This document shows, one piece after another, positions 36,601-48,765 of a stretch of 64,000 nt of DNA. The position numbers and the translations under genes are program-made. The stretch is from the NCBI GenBank assembly GCA_973851085.1, contig OZ316775.1, forward strand, positions 20,026,001-20,090,000, written 5' to 3'. A model generated the notes under the pieces. That model did no database searches. It was not told where the DNA came from and worked only from the letters and a program-made list of their open reading frames with translations. The DNA comes from Ptychomitrium polyphyllum (taxonomy: Eukaryota). Within the stretch, counting starts at the first letter, position 1; every line of letters begins with the position of its first letter.

Positions 36601-37230
36601 GTAAAGTGTGTCAATTGAGGTGTCAGTACAGCTTCTGAATATTTTAGACCAATGAACAGAATGCAGAGATTTGTCACGTGTCTCAAATGTTACTATTACA
36701 AATTTGCAGATTGGGGCGTCATACATTGATGAGAAGCTGGTGGCCTACCTACAGCAACAAGACTGTCCCGGTGTCTTATTCAGAGAAGCGTGCTTCAAGC
36801 CTTTGTCGAGCAAGTTCTCAGGTAGCACAATAAACGGCATCCAGGTAAGATGAGAATTCCTTACACTAGAAGTAATTGTAACTATTTCAGAAAGACTACC
36901 TTGTTGGTTTTTTGTTCCATACTTGCTTATGATATAGTATAAATGTTATTACCGTGTATGTTTTGTGCACAGACTCATATTGTGGACCACAACGCAGTGA
37001 ATCCGTTGCGCACTGCCTTAACCTTGATTGCTGCCCTCCGTAAGCTGTATCCAGATAAATTTAGATGGCGGCAAGATGGAAAATCTTTCTGGCTGGACTT
37101 GCTTGTCGGCAATCATGTTGTCCGAGCGATGCTTAGTGAGGGAGGCACAGCCGATGAAGTAATGGCCTCCTGGCAGGATGATCTTGTATGGTTTGGAGCA
37201 ACTCGCTCTAAATATTTGTTATATGACTAG
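33609..37230 (+). CDS. DUF1343 / NamZ-like exo-beta-N-acetylmuramidase, 11 exons, with a 1-bp frameshift in exon 9 (about 405 aa if corrected)
   Basis: Exons 33609-33713, 33846-33896, 34361-34441, 34717-34785, 34970-35044, 35215-35382, 35782-35868, 36114-36254, 36477-36523, 36710-36844, 36973-37230. Motifs TGIDVL, VGVITN, FGPEHGFR, FDIQDVGARFYTYIWT, DRPNPLGG, RHGMTVGELARLFN, WVPPSPNLP, EGTNCSEGR(G)T..PFE, IGA, RSKYLLY. Start codon is uncertain. Confidence 0.88.
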
Positions 37231-38419
37231 ACCTCCTCTGAGATGTGTAGCTTCTTGTGTAGGTCGTGCTTGAAACCGACTTCCCCACTATACAACGTTT
37301 TAGCCTCGAAGAAAACAAACGAAGTGGGGGGCTTCCGAAGAGCATATTTTATTGAGTGTTGAATAGGACCATGATGCTAAAGCAGAGGTTGTATTGTACC
37401 CAGTTGTAACACGGGCGTTTCAACGTCTAAAATGATCATTCTCTTACAAGTCCTCTTTTGACTACTTGCAAACTGACACCAGATTCCAATGAGGGTTCAA
37501 ATGCCTACTCCCGAATTCCAATTCTCTGAGTCTCTACATTCTTTCTCCAGAAGTACACAATAACATACAATAATGTCAATGTAGCCAATCCTCGATGGTC
37601 TGGCAGGTTTTGAAGAGAGTACACCTTGCTTTATTTAGTGTGCTTTCTAGTAGAAGGTACCAAGCAACAATTTATTGGTGGCTGAAATTCTAAAGCATGT
37701 GAATATCAACGTCAATGGATACAAAGTTAAGTTAGCAATCTTAAGGACAATCTCTTTAGAGATATGAATAGTATATGCACCTTGAGAAACGTAAGATTTT
37801 ATAAAATACAAGATCTTGCGTCTCAAATTGACTATATTGACATTGTATTAAGTAATGAGAGATGATCCTGAGATCATGAAAAACAATCCCAAAACAAAAC
37901 CTCCCTCATCACCATCATGGCTTAACAGGTTATTTTTCATGACCTCACACATAGTTTTCATGACCTCAGGAACATCTCCCATTACCTAAGTCACGATGTA
38001 TTGCACTCTGAAGAAACGTCACGTGCGCATAAGCAAAGGAACCATTCTGCACACGCATTGTAGCTCTCTGATTCCCACACTCCCCTTTCCTGAATCTAAA
38101 CACGTCTCTGCCCACTTAGAAAAAAGATATGCAGAAAGAGCCAATAAAAATTAGCATGAAGCAATCATTAGAAACAATGGAAAAGCAAAAAACAAACATC
38201 CTCCTTCCAGCAACTTAAATGGTACAATTTAAAAAAAAATTGTTGTTCATAATGGTTATATTTGAAGTGCCGCGCTTCCATTTTGTGTAAAGAGCAAGAG
38301 GAGGTGGAGCCTGTGACACAATATCCTAAGCCAATCCTTGCAAACAACACGTAAGTAGAAGTTGGCAACAAACTTAATTGAGTCAAAGCACCTCCTCAGT
38401 AAGACCTAATTTCCTACTA

Positions 38420-39151
38420 TCACGACGCAATTGCTCGCACAAGCCAGTCCAAACTTGGATATGAAAAGTAAACTACCAAGAAAGACGGCACTGCAAACAA
38501 CAAGGTAATCAAGCAGTAAAGAGCCAGCACCAGAGTGCAAAACGGCAGCACATACACTACAATGAACAGGAACAGCAGAATGAGGGGAATTCTCGCCGTG
38601 AACTGCACAAACGACGTCGCCACACGAGTTCCTGATCGCCGCCACCTATTCATGCTCCATCTGCCCGTAACTGGAATAACCGAATTCTGCATCACGGCGC
38701 CTCCTACTTGCCGGTGCTGGACGCCAAATTCTGGAAAACGCGCCCGAGAAGAGATCAAACTGGCAAGCCCAAACGAGGGAGCTGGCTCTGTATCCTCAGA
38801 GCAGATCGGAGGCCGCCCATGTTCGCCTTGCAAACTCTCCACCACCCAGAGCAGAAAAAAATTCTTGCAGGGATATCGAAGCTGCCCCTTCCATTTGAAC
38901 CGAAAGGTCAGAAACTGGCACCAAGGGCAGGAGATGAAGAACGGCAACTGCAGTGGCAGTCCAGAGAGCTTCACTGTCGCCCAGTCCAGGCTCACCACAC
39001 ACGTCCTGCAGAGCGAGTGCCCACACCACAACACGTACGGCGTGTTCTCTCTGTCATCGAAGCTCTCCCAGCACACCGGGCACTCCAATCCTTCCTCCAA
39101 GCTCCGGCTCGCAGCACTCTTGCTCCCATTCCGACACACACAACCTGCCAT
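38420..39151 (-). CDS. RING-HC E3 ubiquitin ligase with C-terminal transmembrane helices, intronless CDS
   Basis: LECPVCWESF..NTPYVLWCGHSLCRTC...CPWC RING, followed by KNFFLLW and a hydrophobic C-terminus. First ATG at 39151 (the ORF track starts at an upstream GTG). Confidence 0.9.
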   Translation of the reverse strand: MAGCVCRNGSKSAASRSLEEGLECPVCWESFDDRENTPYVLWCGHSLCRTCVVSLDWATVKLSGLPLQLPFFISCPWCQFLTFRFKWKGQLRYPCKNFFLLWVVESLQGEHGRPPICSEDTEPAPSFGLASLISSRARFPEFGVQHRQVGGAVMQNSVIPVTGRWSMNRWRRSGTRVATSFVQFTARIPLILLFLFIVVYVLPFCTLVLALYCLITLLFAVPSFLVVYFSYPSLDWLVRAIAS

Positions 39152-40039
39152 CGATCCAATCCCGCCCCAAAACCAATCCACCCACCAAAAACCGTCCTCT
39201 TGAAGTCCCCTAACCCTAATTCTTTGAAATTTCGGCTTCTAGGGCGCCATCACGGCAACTTGAACTCTACAACAAACCCAACTCGGTAATCTTTACAGAA
39301 ATATAAACGAAAAGGGATGGAATTTCAAGTTGAGGGATCCACCAACCCAATTGGAAAAGAGGCAAGACCCACCTAACCTTATTCTCCTGCTCCTCTAGCC
39401 CTAATTCTTTGAACCTCAGCTTTTTCTACCTGCTACTGAGCACCATCACGGAAACTCGAAATCGACAACAAACTCAACCGAGTGATCTCACAGAAACACG
39501 AATCGAGATCGAAAAAGAGATGGTTTTAGGGATCCAGGAACCCAACCGGACTTGATCCGCTCCAACCTTGGAACCTTTGAAATCATTCCCTGATTTGACA
39601 TCACGACTGCAATGCATGAGCGCCAACGAACCACATGATTGTGAACGCCGCCTGCTACGGCGACGACATCGACAACCTCTTGGATTTCCAGAAGCGGCAC
39701 CAGAATTGTACGATAAAACTTGTCAGTAAACCACAACTTGGCCTACAAATTGATGAAATAGATGATCGAAACAGGAACTGTCACAAACACCATGGCTGGC
39801 TGTGAGATCGAAGATCAGGGACGATCTCGAGAATGATTGTTGCTCATCAGGCCTAGGTCTATTGTACCGGATCCATAAGAGTTAGATTTCGGAGGATTAG
39901 GGCATCTTAATAGGAATACACTCAGAAAATATCTGAATAAGAGGTGCTCACCCAAAATCGTAATTATATCCAAATCCACCATTCTTCAATGCAACGACAG
40001 CCTACAATTTCTTTTTAAATCATCATATTTTGTAGATAA

Positions 40040-40164
40040 TGACAGTTTTAGATCCGTAGTGTGGCGTGTCTGGTTAGAGTGACGGTTCTGGATATACTGA
40101 CGGTTTAGGTAATAGTAACGCTTTTGGGTAAAACAACGGTTTTGGGAAGAATGACGGTTTTAGG
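40040..40164 (-). repeat. Degenerate 18-bp tandem array upstream of the RING gene
   Basis: Plus-strand units GACGGTTCTGGATATACT, GACGGTTTAGGTAATAGT, AACGCTTTTGGGTAAAAC, AACGGTTTTGGGAAGAAT, GACGGTTTTAGG with 18-nt spacing. Confidence 0.75.
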
Positions 40165-40999
40165 TTTTATTTTTAGAATTTTAGGATGTTTTATAGGCAG
40201 TTTTATTTAAAAGAATAGATGGATTGCGCCAATTTGGTCTTAATGAAAGCCTTAACAGAACGGAAGTAATTCATACATCATGATGAAATTGAATATGCTC
40301 AAGTGTGCAAATTTTTTTTGGTTATCAGTTTATCTATTCCTCAAAGGTCTTAAAAAAGTTCAAAAATATTATTCTAATTTTTACTCCTCAAACTCCAGAT
40401 AACCAAAATCTGGTTTATTTCATAATTCTCATGAAAAGGTCAACTGATTCCAGTTATTTTTGGTGGAATGAATTAAAAAGATGATTAGTAAAAAATCTTT
40501 GGTGTTCAACGTTTCAATTCAATGCTTTCTTGCTTGTTATATCGTACAAATGGGGGCTTTAAAAATCAATTACACTAAGCCATTGCAAATGCTCTAAAAT
40601 AAAATGTTTTAATAGATTACTAATTTCTTAAACACTTACAAGAATTATTAAGCAACTTTGGCAGACATTAGTCTATGATTCGGCCTTCATGATGGCCTCA
40701 CTTTATGCTGAATGTTGATTGTGAATTAGAGTATACAAGCACTATTTTGTTCATAGTATAAGGAGTTATGAAAAATACAACGTACAATAAGTTTAAACGT
40801 TATATATGGTGTGTGGGAACCAAACTACCCCGTCAGAAGATATCAACATTTGAAACCAATTCCCTCTCGTGAAAGTGCAAATTCCATTCAATGACCTCAT
40901 GTTAGAAACTCATACCAAATCTCAAGCATGTGACACGAAGATGAGGTACAGAATAGCTTTTGATGTCGGTGAACCAATTCTGTGCACACAGGACCATTA

Positions 41000-41553
41000 G
41001 CTAAGAGTGCTCATCTCAATTGGTCCTGAATCCATTTCCTAGTAATACTTAAACTATAATCCAAACAGTCTGATTGAAGATGTCAACACATCTCCCTGTG
41101 CCAATATTCTGGATGTCATACTCACTTAGATACTGTTTTCCTGAACCTGCAAGAGTCAGCCATTCAAGATCCCTTGAGCACCTCAGATCTGCCGATGCAT
41201 TCAAACTGCTGCACCCAGGCTTGGCATTGCCGTGATGTTTGGTTCACAACATATGGCTCGGGGAAAGGCCTAGAGAATGTCCCAGAACAGTGTGCATGCT
41301 AGAAGGATAGAAGCACTAGGACAGTAGATCTTCACAGACGCAAACTTGAAGATCGAACCTTGGCTTCGGCTCTCTTCTCTGAGGTTGTGACTTCTCGTCT
41401 GCCTGGGACCTCTAGCTCTAGATCCTTCCTTCATATAACAAGGAACGTGGAAAACTTGCAAATCTTTACAGTGTTTAAGGAAGTGACGCATTGACCTCGG
41501 TAACCATGCTCACTACTTGATGGTCAATATCTCGGTTGCCAGATAGTATCCAC
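41000..41553 (+). pseudogene. Decayed NLR-type LRR fragment
   Basis: Broken plus-strand frames give LRVLISIG, HISLC, VFLNLQESAIQD, SLEHL and RLPDSIH. Confidence 0.4.
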
Positions 41554-42666
41554 TCATGGGGTGGCATCCCATCGGAGATCACAGACAGCAGACCTCTGGA
41601 GCGTTCCAAGTACGTCGCTCGAATCTGCAGATATGTCACAGCACATTTTTTTCGCAGCTATGTCGTACAGTCTGTATCTCTGATCAGGTGCGCCAGAATC
41701 GTCATTGTCCCAACCCAACATAATGAACTTACTGCATGGAAGAAGCACTGAGTAATAGTACTCCTGTGTTGAGTCACTTAAAGAGTCTTGGCGAGTCTGC
41801 AATTCTATCACACTGCGAACCTCTTGAATTTTCCAAACATATTCATAAAGTTTAAATTTCCCACGTGCAGAATTATCAAGCATAAATAATTTATCCTGAA
41901 CGAATGAGTAGCTTCGCGGACCAGCTAGATCACTTCCAATGTAATTTAAGTTATGCAACACTTTGTGTGTGCAATCAAAGATGTGAGGGTCCTGTTGCGC
42001 ATGCCACAGTGTGTTTGCAGCTCCGAAGACAAGGCCAGCATTCATATCTGTCCATATTCCACCTCTGGAATTGTAAACCACTGCTCCACAGGCCGCTCCA
42101 AGGTTATCTCCATATACCAAGATCACTCTGTAACACTTATTATCCTCATCCATCACCATTTGCACCAGAATAAGCTGCCTCTTGCCAAATGGAGATCCTT
42201 CCCCTTTCGGTATGAGCTTGCTTTCATTTGTCAACGGGTTATAAACTACAATGGCCAAGGCTGCTAGTTTCTTTCCAATTCTGGGGACAAAGCAAACCAA
42301 GCCTCCATCAGAAGCAAACATGGCGTCGAAATACTCTTCCTCCTTCGGGAAATCAGTCAGTTCAATAAAGTTCCACTCGAACGTTCTCAAGTCAAACGCA
42401 GTTGTCCACATAGCCTCACGATCCCGATTCCACCCCACAACTCCGAAGAGCTTGGGATGCGCAGCAGCACAAGCCTGTTTGAGACTGGGGGTTTGTAACA
42501 TCGATGCCCATAAGTTGGAATCCCGTTTCAGACCATCAATCTGAGAAATGGACAGCCGTCTAAGAACAGGCTCTATCAAGTCCTCTAAAAACGTCGGTGG
42601 TGCTGCAGCTGATAAAGCAGTCGATGAGGAATGTCCGCATGTCTTCACTTTCTTTGCCGGCCTCAT
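41554..42666 (-). CDS. F-box-like protein (divergent F-box plus F-box-associated beta domain), intronless, 370 aa
   Basis: FLEDLIEPVLRRLSISQIDGLK...W resembles an F-box. ASDGGLVCF and IVVYNPLTNESKLIP are typical F-box-associated motifs. Confidence 0.75.
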   Translation of the reverse strand: MRPAKKVKTCGHSSSTALSAAAPPTFLEDLIEPVLRRLSISQIDGLKRDSNLWASMLQTPSLKQACAAAHPKLFGVVGWNRDREAMWTTAFDLRTFEWNFIELTDFPKEEEYFDAMFASDGGLVCFVPRIGKKLAALAIVVYNPLTNESKLIPKGEGSPFGKRQLILVQMVMDEDNKCYRVILVYGDNLGAACGAVVYNSRGGIWTDMNAGLVFGAANTLWHAQQDPHIFDCTHKVLHNLNYIGSDLAGPRSYSFVQDKLFMLDNSARGKFKLYEYVWKIQEVRSVIELQTRQDSLSDSTQEYYYSVLLPCSKFIMLGWDNDDSGAPDQRYRLYDIAAKKMCCDISADSSDVLGTLQRSAVCDLRWDATP

Positions 42667-43149
42667 TTCCGAAACAGAGAAGCGTCAGTTCTTCTTCACG
42701 TTGAAGAGCCTTCTGCTCTGACGCAACCGTCAACGTTCTAACCAGCTTCTTTGCATGATATCTTAGATAGCTGGAAAAAACATCAATGTAACGTCAGAAA
42801 TTGGAGTGATCCATCCCCTTGCCCACAATGTCCTTCACCCACAGGCACGCCTCAATTACAGTGAATGCACAGAAGGAAAACAGTGGCACACGACACTATC
42901 AAGCAAGAAATGCACAAGAAGTCTAACAAACCGAATTTGCAGCAGAGACCGTACCTTGCGATCTGTTCACCAAAATGCACACTCACACAAAACGCTGAAT
43001 CTCCTCCGCAATAATCAACGCAAAATCTCTGGAAAACTCCACTACAATTCACCAGCAGAAGCAACCACGACTTGTGTGGGCACTAATGAAGACATCATTC
43101 AGGTTCTTTGAGGATGCACACTTGCATTGATACCCGCCGACTTTCAGCC

Positions 43150-44900
43150 GTCTTCAAAAAAAGAATGGATTGAATCATTCATGAGCTTTGAAGGCTAGGT
43201 ATGGCATGTCCCATTTGGCGTCGCTTCTCGCCAACATTTATTACGCAATACCGTACAAACAGATACTCCCATTTGAGCAATGCTGTTTTAAGTTCAATGC
43301 AGGTGTGGAGGAAGTCCAGTAGTTGAATTTTGCTATCACCAGTCACATACACCACCACCTCGATAATGCATCGTTCCTTGATCAGCTTAACCATCTGTCA
43401 AAGGGCCTGATTCCCAACACCTTCTAAGTAACTCTTTATTTTATGATCAACATAATCAGGCAACAGAGGTCTCTCACCTCTAAGAAGAACATCATAATAT
43501 TTGGGTGTCAGAGGAAGGTCTTCAAAACAGATGCGATCTGTCAAACCTTCGTAAGAAGTCATAGTTATACACATCCACTTTCTCTGTCTAAACATTTGCC
43601 CATATGTTAGGATCTGAGACTCTGATCTTCATAGCTTGTAACACCTCCGGGGCTCTCCAAAACCGGTTCCCAGCACTCCTTTAGAGCTTTCAAAATCTGC
43701 TACATCATGATTATCCCCCCTGTATTCATCTGCGGATTTAAGAAGCTCATTTGATGCTTTGTGATCCATATGTAAAATGCCCTCTGAATGTAACATCTTC
43801 ATTCGCCAAGCAATCTGATTCATTATGTGCAAGTAGAAATGGAAGACCGTAGCCATTGTTGGTCGCCAATATTCTAGTCAATGACTTTGCGCAAGTCGCC
43901 CCAGTTTCTCCGCATCACAAACGCAAACCTCCCGTCCCTCAACAATGCCCCACTCTCGACGACACAACAATTGTAATGCACATTCTTGTAATGGAACCAT
44001 TGCGTGCTCAGGTGGTCCATTGGCTCGCGAAGAAAGCAAAGATCACAGCCAGGCTTGAACACCTATGAGCACATAACTGTTCTCCTCACAAATGGAGGCC
44101 TCGAAGATCTCCGCTTGGCATCCTTCATCGATCTTCTCCTTTACCTCCAAATAATCACTGTACTCCTCGGCAAAACCAATCTTTATACCAGTAATCATGC
44201 AATGAACTACTTGCAGGAGGACGAGGGGTTGCGTCCTGCTCGATGAGGCGCTGGAAGTGTTTTTTGCTGGCGACGTGGAAGAGCTTCAGGTCGGAGGATG
44301 GACGACCCACCACAGTCCAGTACTACCGCGACTGTACCATCTCGAAGTCTACCTCACCTGCGCACTCGCTCCGCAGCTGCTCCAGCCACCTCCTGAGCGC
44401 CGTCACATATTCATCCTCAGCACGGTACTTCGAGCTGCCCGCCACTGGTCCCTCTTCGGCTGTCACGGACAACTCCGATCGCTCATCATCAGCTATGGCG
44501 AGCGCCTCGCAACTGACGCGCTCTGTCTCGAGGGCTTCGCTCATCTTAGCATCAACTCGTTGCGTAACCGCTGCGCCGATCACATCCGTTTCTGCCTTGA
44601 TTCCAACGCTGCCTCCCGGCCACCACTCCTCAGCTTCCAGAGAATTTAAGTGGATCCGCTGTAGAAGCAAAGAATTACAAGCTCTGCCCCCACCTAGCCT
44701 AGGTAGTGCTCGAAAGCGCAAACTTCCTTCGCCAAAGTGCTCCACACCAGTTGTCGGCAGAAACCGAGAGCTTGATCTCACGAATTGATTACAAGCACTA
44801 GCAGCAGGCAATCTACGGCACCCTTGCAAGGGCAATGCACAATTGCAACAAAGCAGGCACAAGTTTAGTCGACAATCAACTTATCAGCTCGAGCTGTATT
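43150..44900 (-). pseudogene. Frameshifted protein kinase pseudogene with an N-terminal helical domain
   Basis: Consecutive minus-strand fragments FAFVMRRNWGDLRKVID, QIAWRMKMLHSEGILHMDHKASN, VADFESSKGVLGTGF and YEGL...DVLLRGERPLLPDY, separated by stops and frameshifts. The catalytic loop is degenerate. Confidence 0.75.
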
Positions 44901-45796
44901 ATCAAAGTAGCGGTTGGGACACAAGGAGGGCCCCAATCTCCTTTAATTTTCAGAATAGGGTGCTGGGCAGAAACTGGTGGCACAATCCAGTAACTCGATT
45001 CAAGCTCTGAACACCCCTAGTGCAGATGATATCATGAAATTCTGACGGAGGGCAACATTCTGTCAATTCGGGCAGCATTGCCAAGCCGACGCGCAAATCA
45101 GCTTTATTCTTGCGCTCTGGGATTGAAGATTTGATAGTGCTATTGATAACGAAGAGCTGCCGGGCGTTAATGACTTCGAAGAGTACCGTTATTAGAGAGG
45201 ATTAGTGCGGTGGAGGGGGAATCGTGACGGGATTAGAAGCGTACGCCGTAGATGCATGTCTCCTGGATTTGTTAGGTCAGTTATGGGCTGCGGCATCGAA
45301 CCCAGCCTCCAACGCGAAGGCCATGGCGGAATCGCAGTGATGCAATCTCCAGGAGATTTCATCCAGCTCCTAGTTATACGTGTTGTAGAACTAGGGTTTT
45401 CTTTTCTTAATTGTAGTTACTCTAGTCGTATGGACTTCGGCATTTATGGAATTATTTGTCTCTTTTTGTGACCTTGTGACATTAGGGTTTGAGGAGGTTG
45501 TTGAGCTCTGAGGGATTGGTTTCATGCTCCGCGCGGATATATATGGGAATTCTCGACGTAAGCCAAGTATGTAATCGAGTTATCGTATTTCAGGGTTCTC
45601 AATCTTAGCATCTCGTATCTCGTATTCTGTTTATCGATGGTTTTGCAGAGATGCTGAATTTGTGTTTAGGTTTTTGAGCTCTTGGATGCTGGTCGCTCTG
45701 TTTAAGGGTATGTTAGTAGTATAAAACGACGTAGTTTAGGCCTTAAGTAAGGCAGCTACAACTTTGTGGTTTGAGTAAGAGTTTTGAAACAGAGCC

Positions 45797-47450
45797 ATGG
45801 CTGCGATGATGGTGGTCGCGTCGTCCTCAGCTGCGCTATCGCATCGTTTTACTGATATCTCAACTAGCAAGTGGAAGTCGAGCTCTACTTCAACTTCCGT
45901 ATGTTTTGTGATGCGCCAAGAGAGAGAGGTCAATATTGACGTAGCAGAAGAGGAGAGATCGTTTGTGTACCGGCGAGCTTCTGCTGCAGAGAGATGGCCG
46001 AATAGTAGTGACGAGTTCCAACAGAGAGCTGCGAGGGAATCGGTGGAAGAGACGAAAAGCGTGAGTTCTGAGCCGGAATTACCTGGGTCTTGGGGGAACA
46101 TGGGAGTGGAACTTGGAGACAGATTAGAGGATGAAGGAGAGGAGCATGTGTCGCCCATATACAGGCTCATGAGGGACGACAAGTCTAGAGACAAGGCTAG
46201 GGAAAGAGAGGTTTTCCATCAGCCGCAGAAGGATCAAACCAAGAGGCTGAAGAGGATGAACAAGCTGTCACTGAAGAAAGCGGTGGATTGGAAAGACAGA
46301 ACGCGAAGGCTGGCAGCTGCAATTTGTGACTTGGAGCATGCAAGACCGGTGGCCGATGTGCTGGAAGGCTGGCCGGAGCAGCTGAACAACGAGGATTTAT
46401 CTGTTGTACTGGGAAATGTTGGAAGAGAAAATTGGCAACGGGCGCTTGAGCTCTACGAGTGCCTGAACCTGCGAAAATGGTACACTCCCAATACTCGCAT
46501 GCTCGCAACTATTCTGGGCATTCTCGGTAGATCAAATCAAGTTGAAGTTGCCCGAGAGCTTTTCTTGAGGGCTGAGCCGGAGCTGACAGCTGACAATGTT
46601 CAGGTGAGTTTTATTACTGGTTGTAGCTTTTTCTAGTCAGTAATAGGGATTATGATGTATTGATTTTGACATTTAGGCTTGAAGAAGAGGTCTGGGAGTT
46701 TGGTCATTTGATTCATCGTTGAAAGAGTGCAAGGTAGTATGTTCTTTCTTTTGCATATTGATCAAATTATTAAGAATATTACGATGTTTACAATGTTTGT
46801 TAAATGTAGATGGAAGGACGAAGAGGATGTCTGCACAATTTTCTTTGTCCGTCCGCACAATTCGTTCTATTTTCAAATTTTTGGTTAGCTTCAGAGGTCG
46901 TGTCGTTTGTAGCAACCGTTATTTGAAGGGATTGATGAGGATTAAGTGCATATTGTGACTACTTGACAGGTTATTTTGGTTGTTTTCCTTTGTGACGAGA
47001 AGATGTATCTTGCACAGCCTTTGCATTAATGCAATTCATGTTGATACTGCTACGAAAGCTGATGTTACGATTTTGATGCAGGTCTTTAATGGAATTATGG
47101 GAGTTTATGCAAAGCAAGGCAAATGGCAGGCAGTCCAGCAGATCCTTGAGCTAATGGAGTCAAAAGGGTGTGAGCCTGACATCATCACCTTCAACACGGT
47201 TATAAACGCCCGGTGCAAGGGTGAGTTGCAGCCTGGATTGGCAATCGCTTTTCTGAAAGAGATTCAGAGAGCGCGCTTTAAACCAGATTTAATTACTTTT
47301 AACACGTTACTAGGTGGATGCATTGCAAACAAAAATTTTACGGAAGCCAAAGAAATTGTCAAACAAATGGTGCGGTGGGGTTTTGAACCGGATTCCTACA
47401 GCAAGTACTTGTTAGGAAAGGAGAAGAATCTCCTTCACGAGATTGGATGA
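45797..47450 (+). CDS. P-class PPR protein resembling the N-terminal part of EMB1270, 2 exons, about 391 aa
   Basis: Exons 45797-46603 and 47082-47450. Transit-peptide-like N-terminus; ENWQRALELYECLNLRKWYTPNTRMLATILGILG; PPR repeats (VQVFNGIMGVYAKQG, PDIITFNTVINA, PDLITFNTLLGG). Confidence 0.85.
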
Positions 47451-47943
47451 ACCTGGGTAAAAGCTAACTCTTTATGTGACTTACACTAATGCTCTCACCA
47501 GTTAGTGTTCGATGGGTTGTACAATATGGCCTCTTAGTTAATGATACTGTTCAGCAGGTGATTGCATCTGTACACTGTCCCTATGAATATTAGACACAGC
47601 TTATTGTGTTCTTACCCGACACAGCTAGGCATGTTTAGGAACTTCTGAACATCTCCAAAACAGAGGTTGAAGAAGCATGTTTCGTAGTTGCAGGCAGAAG
47701 CAGCTGGCTCTGAATCCCAGGAAATTGGATGATAGTGCACACTATCCATTCATCCGTCGAAGTGGAGGACATTACAAGTTGTTGCAGAGAAGTTGGTTGG
47801 AGTGGATTGAAAGTAACCGCAAGAATCCTATTATTGTACCACCTTGCAAACAGATACCACGAACATACGCAGGCGTTGCAGCTCCGAATAACCTGATTCT
47901 GACACATGAAAAAGTTATTCTCATCTACCTTCTTGAGAAGTTC

Positions 47944-48765
47944 ATGGCGACAATAAAGAATCTGAAAATAAAGACCGGAGTTTGCAAGCGGTTGATGAAG
48001 GAGCTCGATTCTTACCAAGCAGAAGCGGACAGCGAATGTGTGAAGACTAGTAACATGAAGAATTCTCATGCTGACCTGTTCGATATCAAGCAACAGGTAC
48101 CACATCATTTAGTTTGACAAGCCTCTGCTTTGAAGGTGAAGTATTGACACAACAATGTGATTAATTGCTCCTCTGAAAACTAAAAATAGTTATTCTGGTT
48201 ACGGCAAGTTGGACTGTCAACCAGTGACATACCAAATATGTCCTAATGCATCAATGGCTATGAAAGTTTCTATTGCGGCAATAATTGATTACGGTTGGAT
48301 CTTTTGATAGCTTTGGATGCCTATCTGTTCGAGATTGTTGAATGCAGAGTAGATTACAATATTGAGAATTTGGTACTTAGAAAAATTAGACTCGGGTGTT
48401 TAGTGTAAGCAAGACCTATGTTTTTAGCGATGAGGGATCCTTAGAATAATTCTGGGCGTTTCAGGAGCATGTGCTCGCGGAGTCCTGCCTAATGATATCC
48501 AACTGCAGAAAACGTTTGGAGACGGCTCTAGCTACTCTTGAAGCAGCTGTGGTAGGACATCATCATCTCTTCTACGTTTGTTTCGACATGCTTGTCTTTA
48601 AGCATTCACTCGCTGGATTGCTATTGTAAATCCTTATTAAATTCATGCAAGCTTGCAATCACATGGCAGGCTGAAGCTGAAGCAGAAACAACAGCAGAAG
48701 AGAGTGAAGAGCTGTCAACTGCTTTGGATCTGGTCGCGCAAGTGAAGCCCTTATTTGCTGCGTGA
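47944..48765 (+). CDS. TBCA: Tubulin-folding cofactor A, 3 exons, 111 aa
   Basis: Exons 47944-48096, 48465-48551, 48670-48765 give MATIKNLKIKTGVCKRLMKELDSY...DIKQQEHVLAESCLMISNCRKRLETALATL. Confidence 0.9.

Noticed and set aside
38535..39289. Two long plus-strand ORFs
   Set aside because: Antisense shadows of the RING gene.
45390..45492. TAGGGTTT telo-box words (also near 54540-54581)
   Set aside because: Common in plant 5' regions; not telomeric arrays and not informative.
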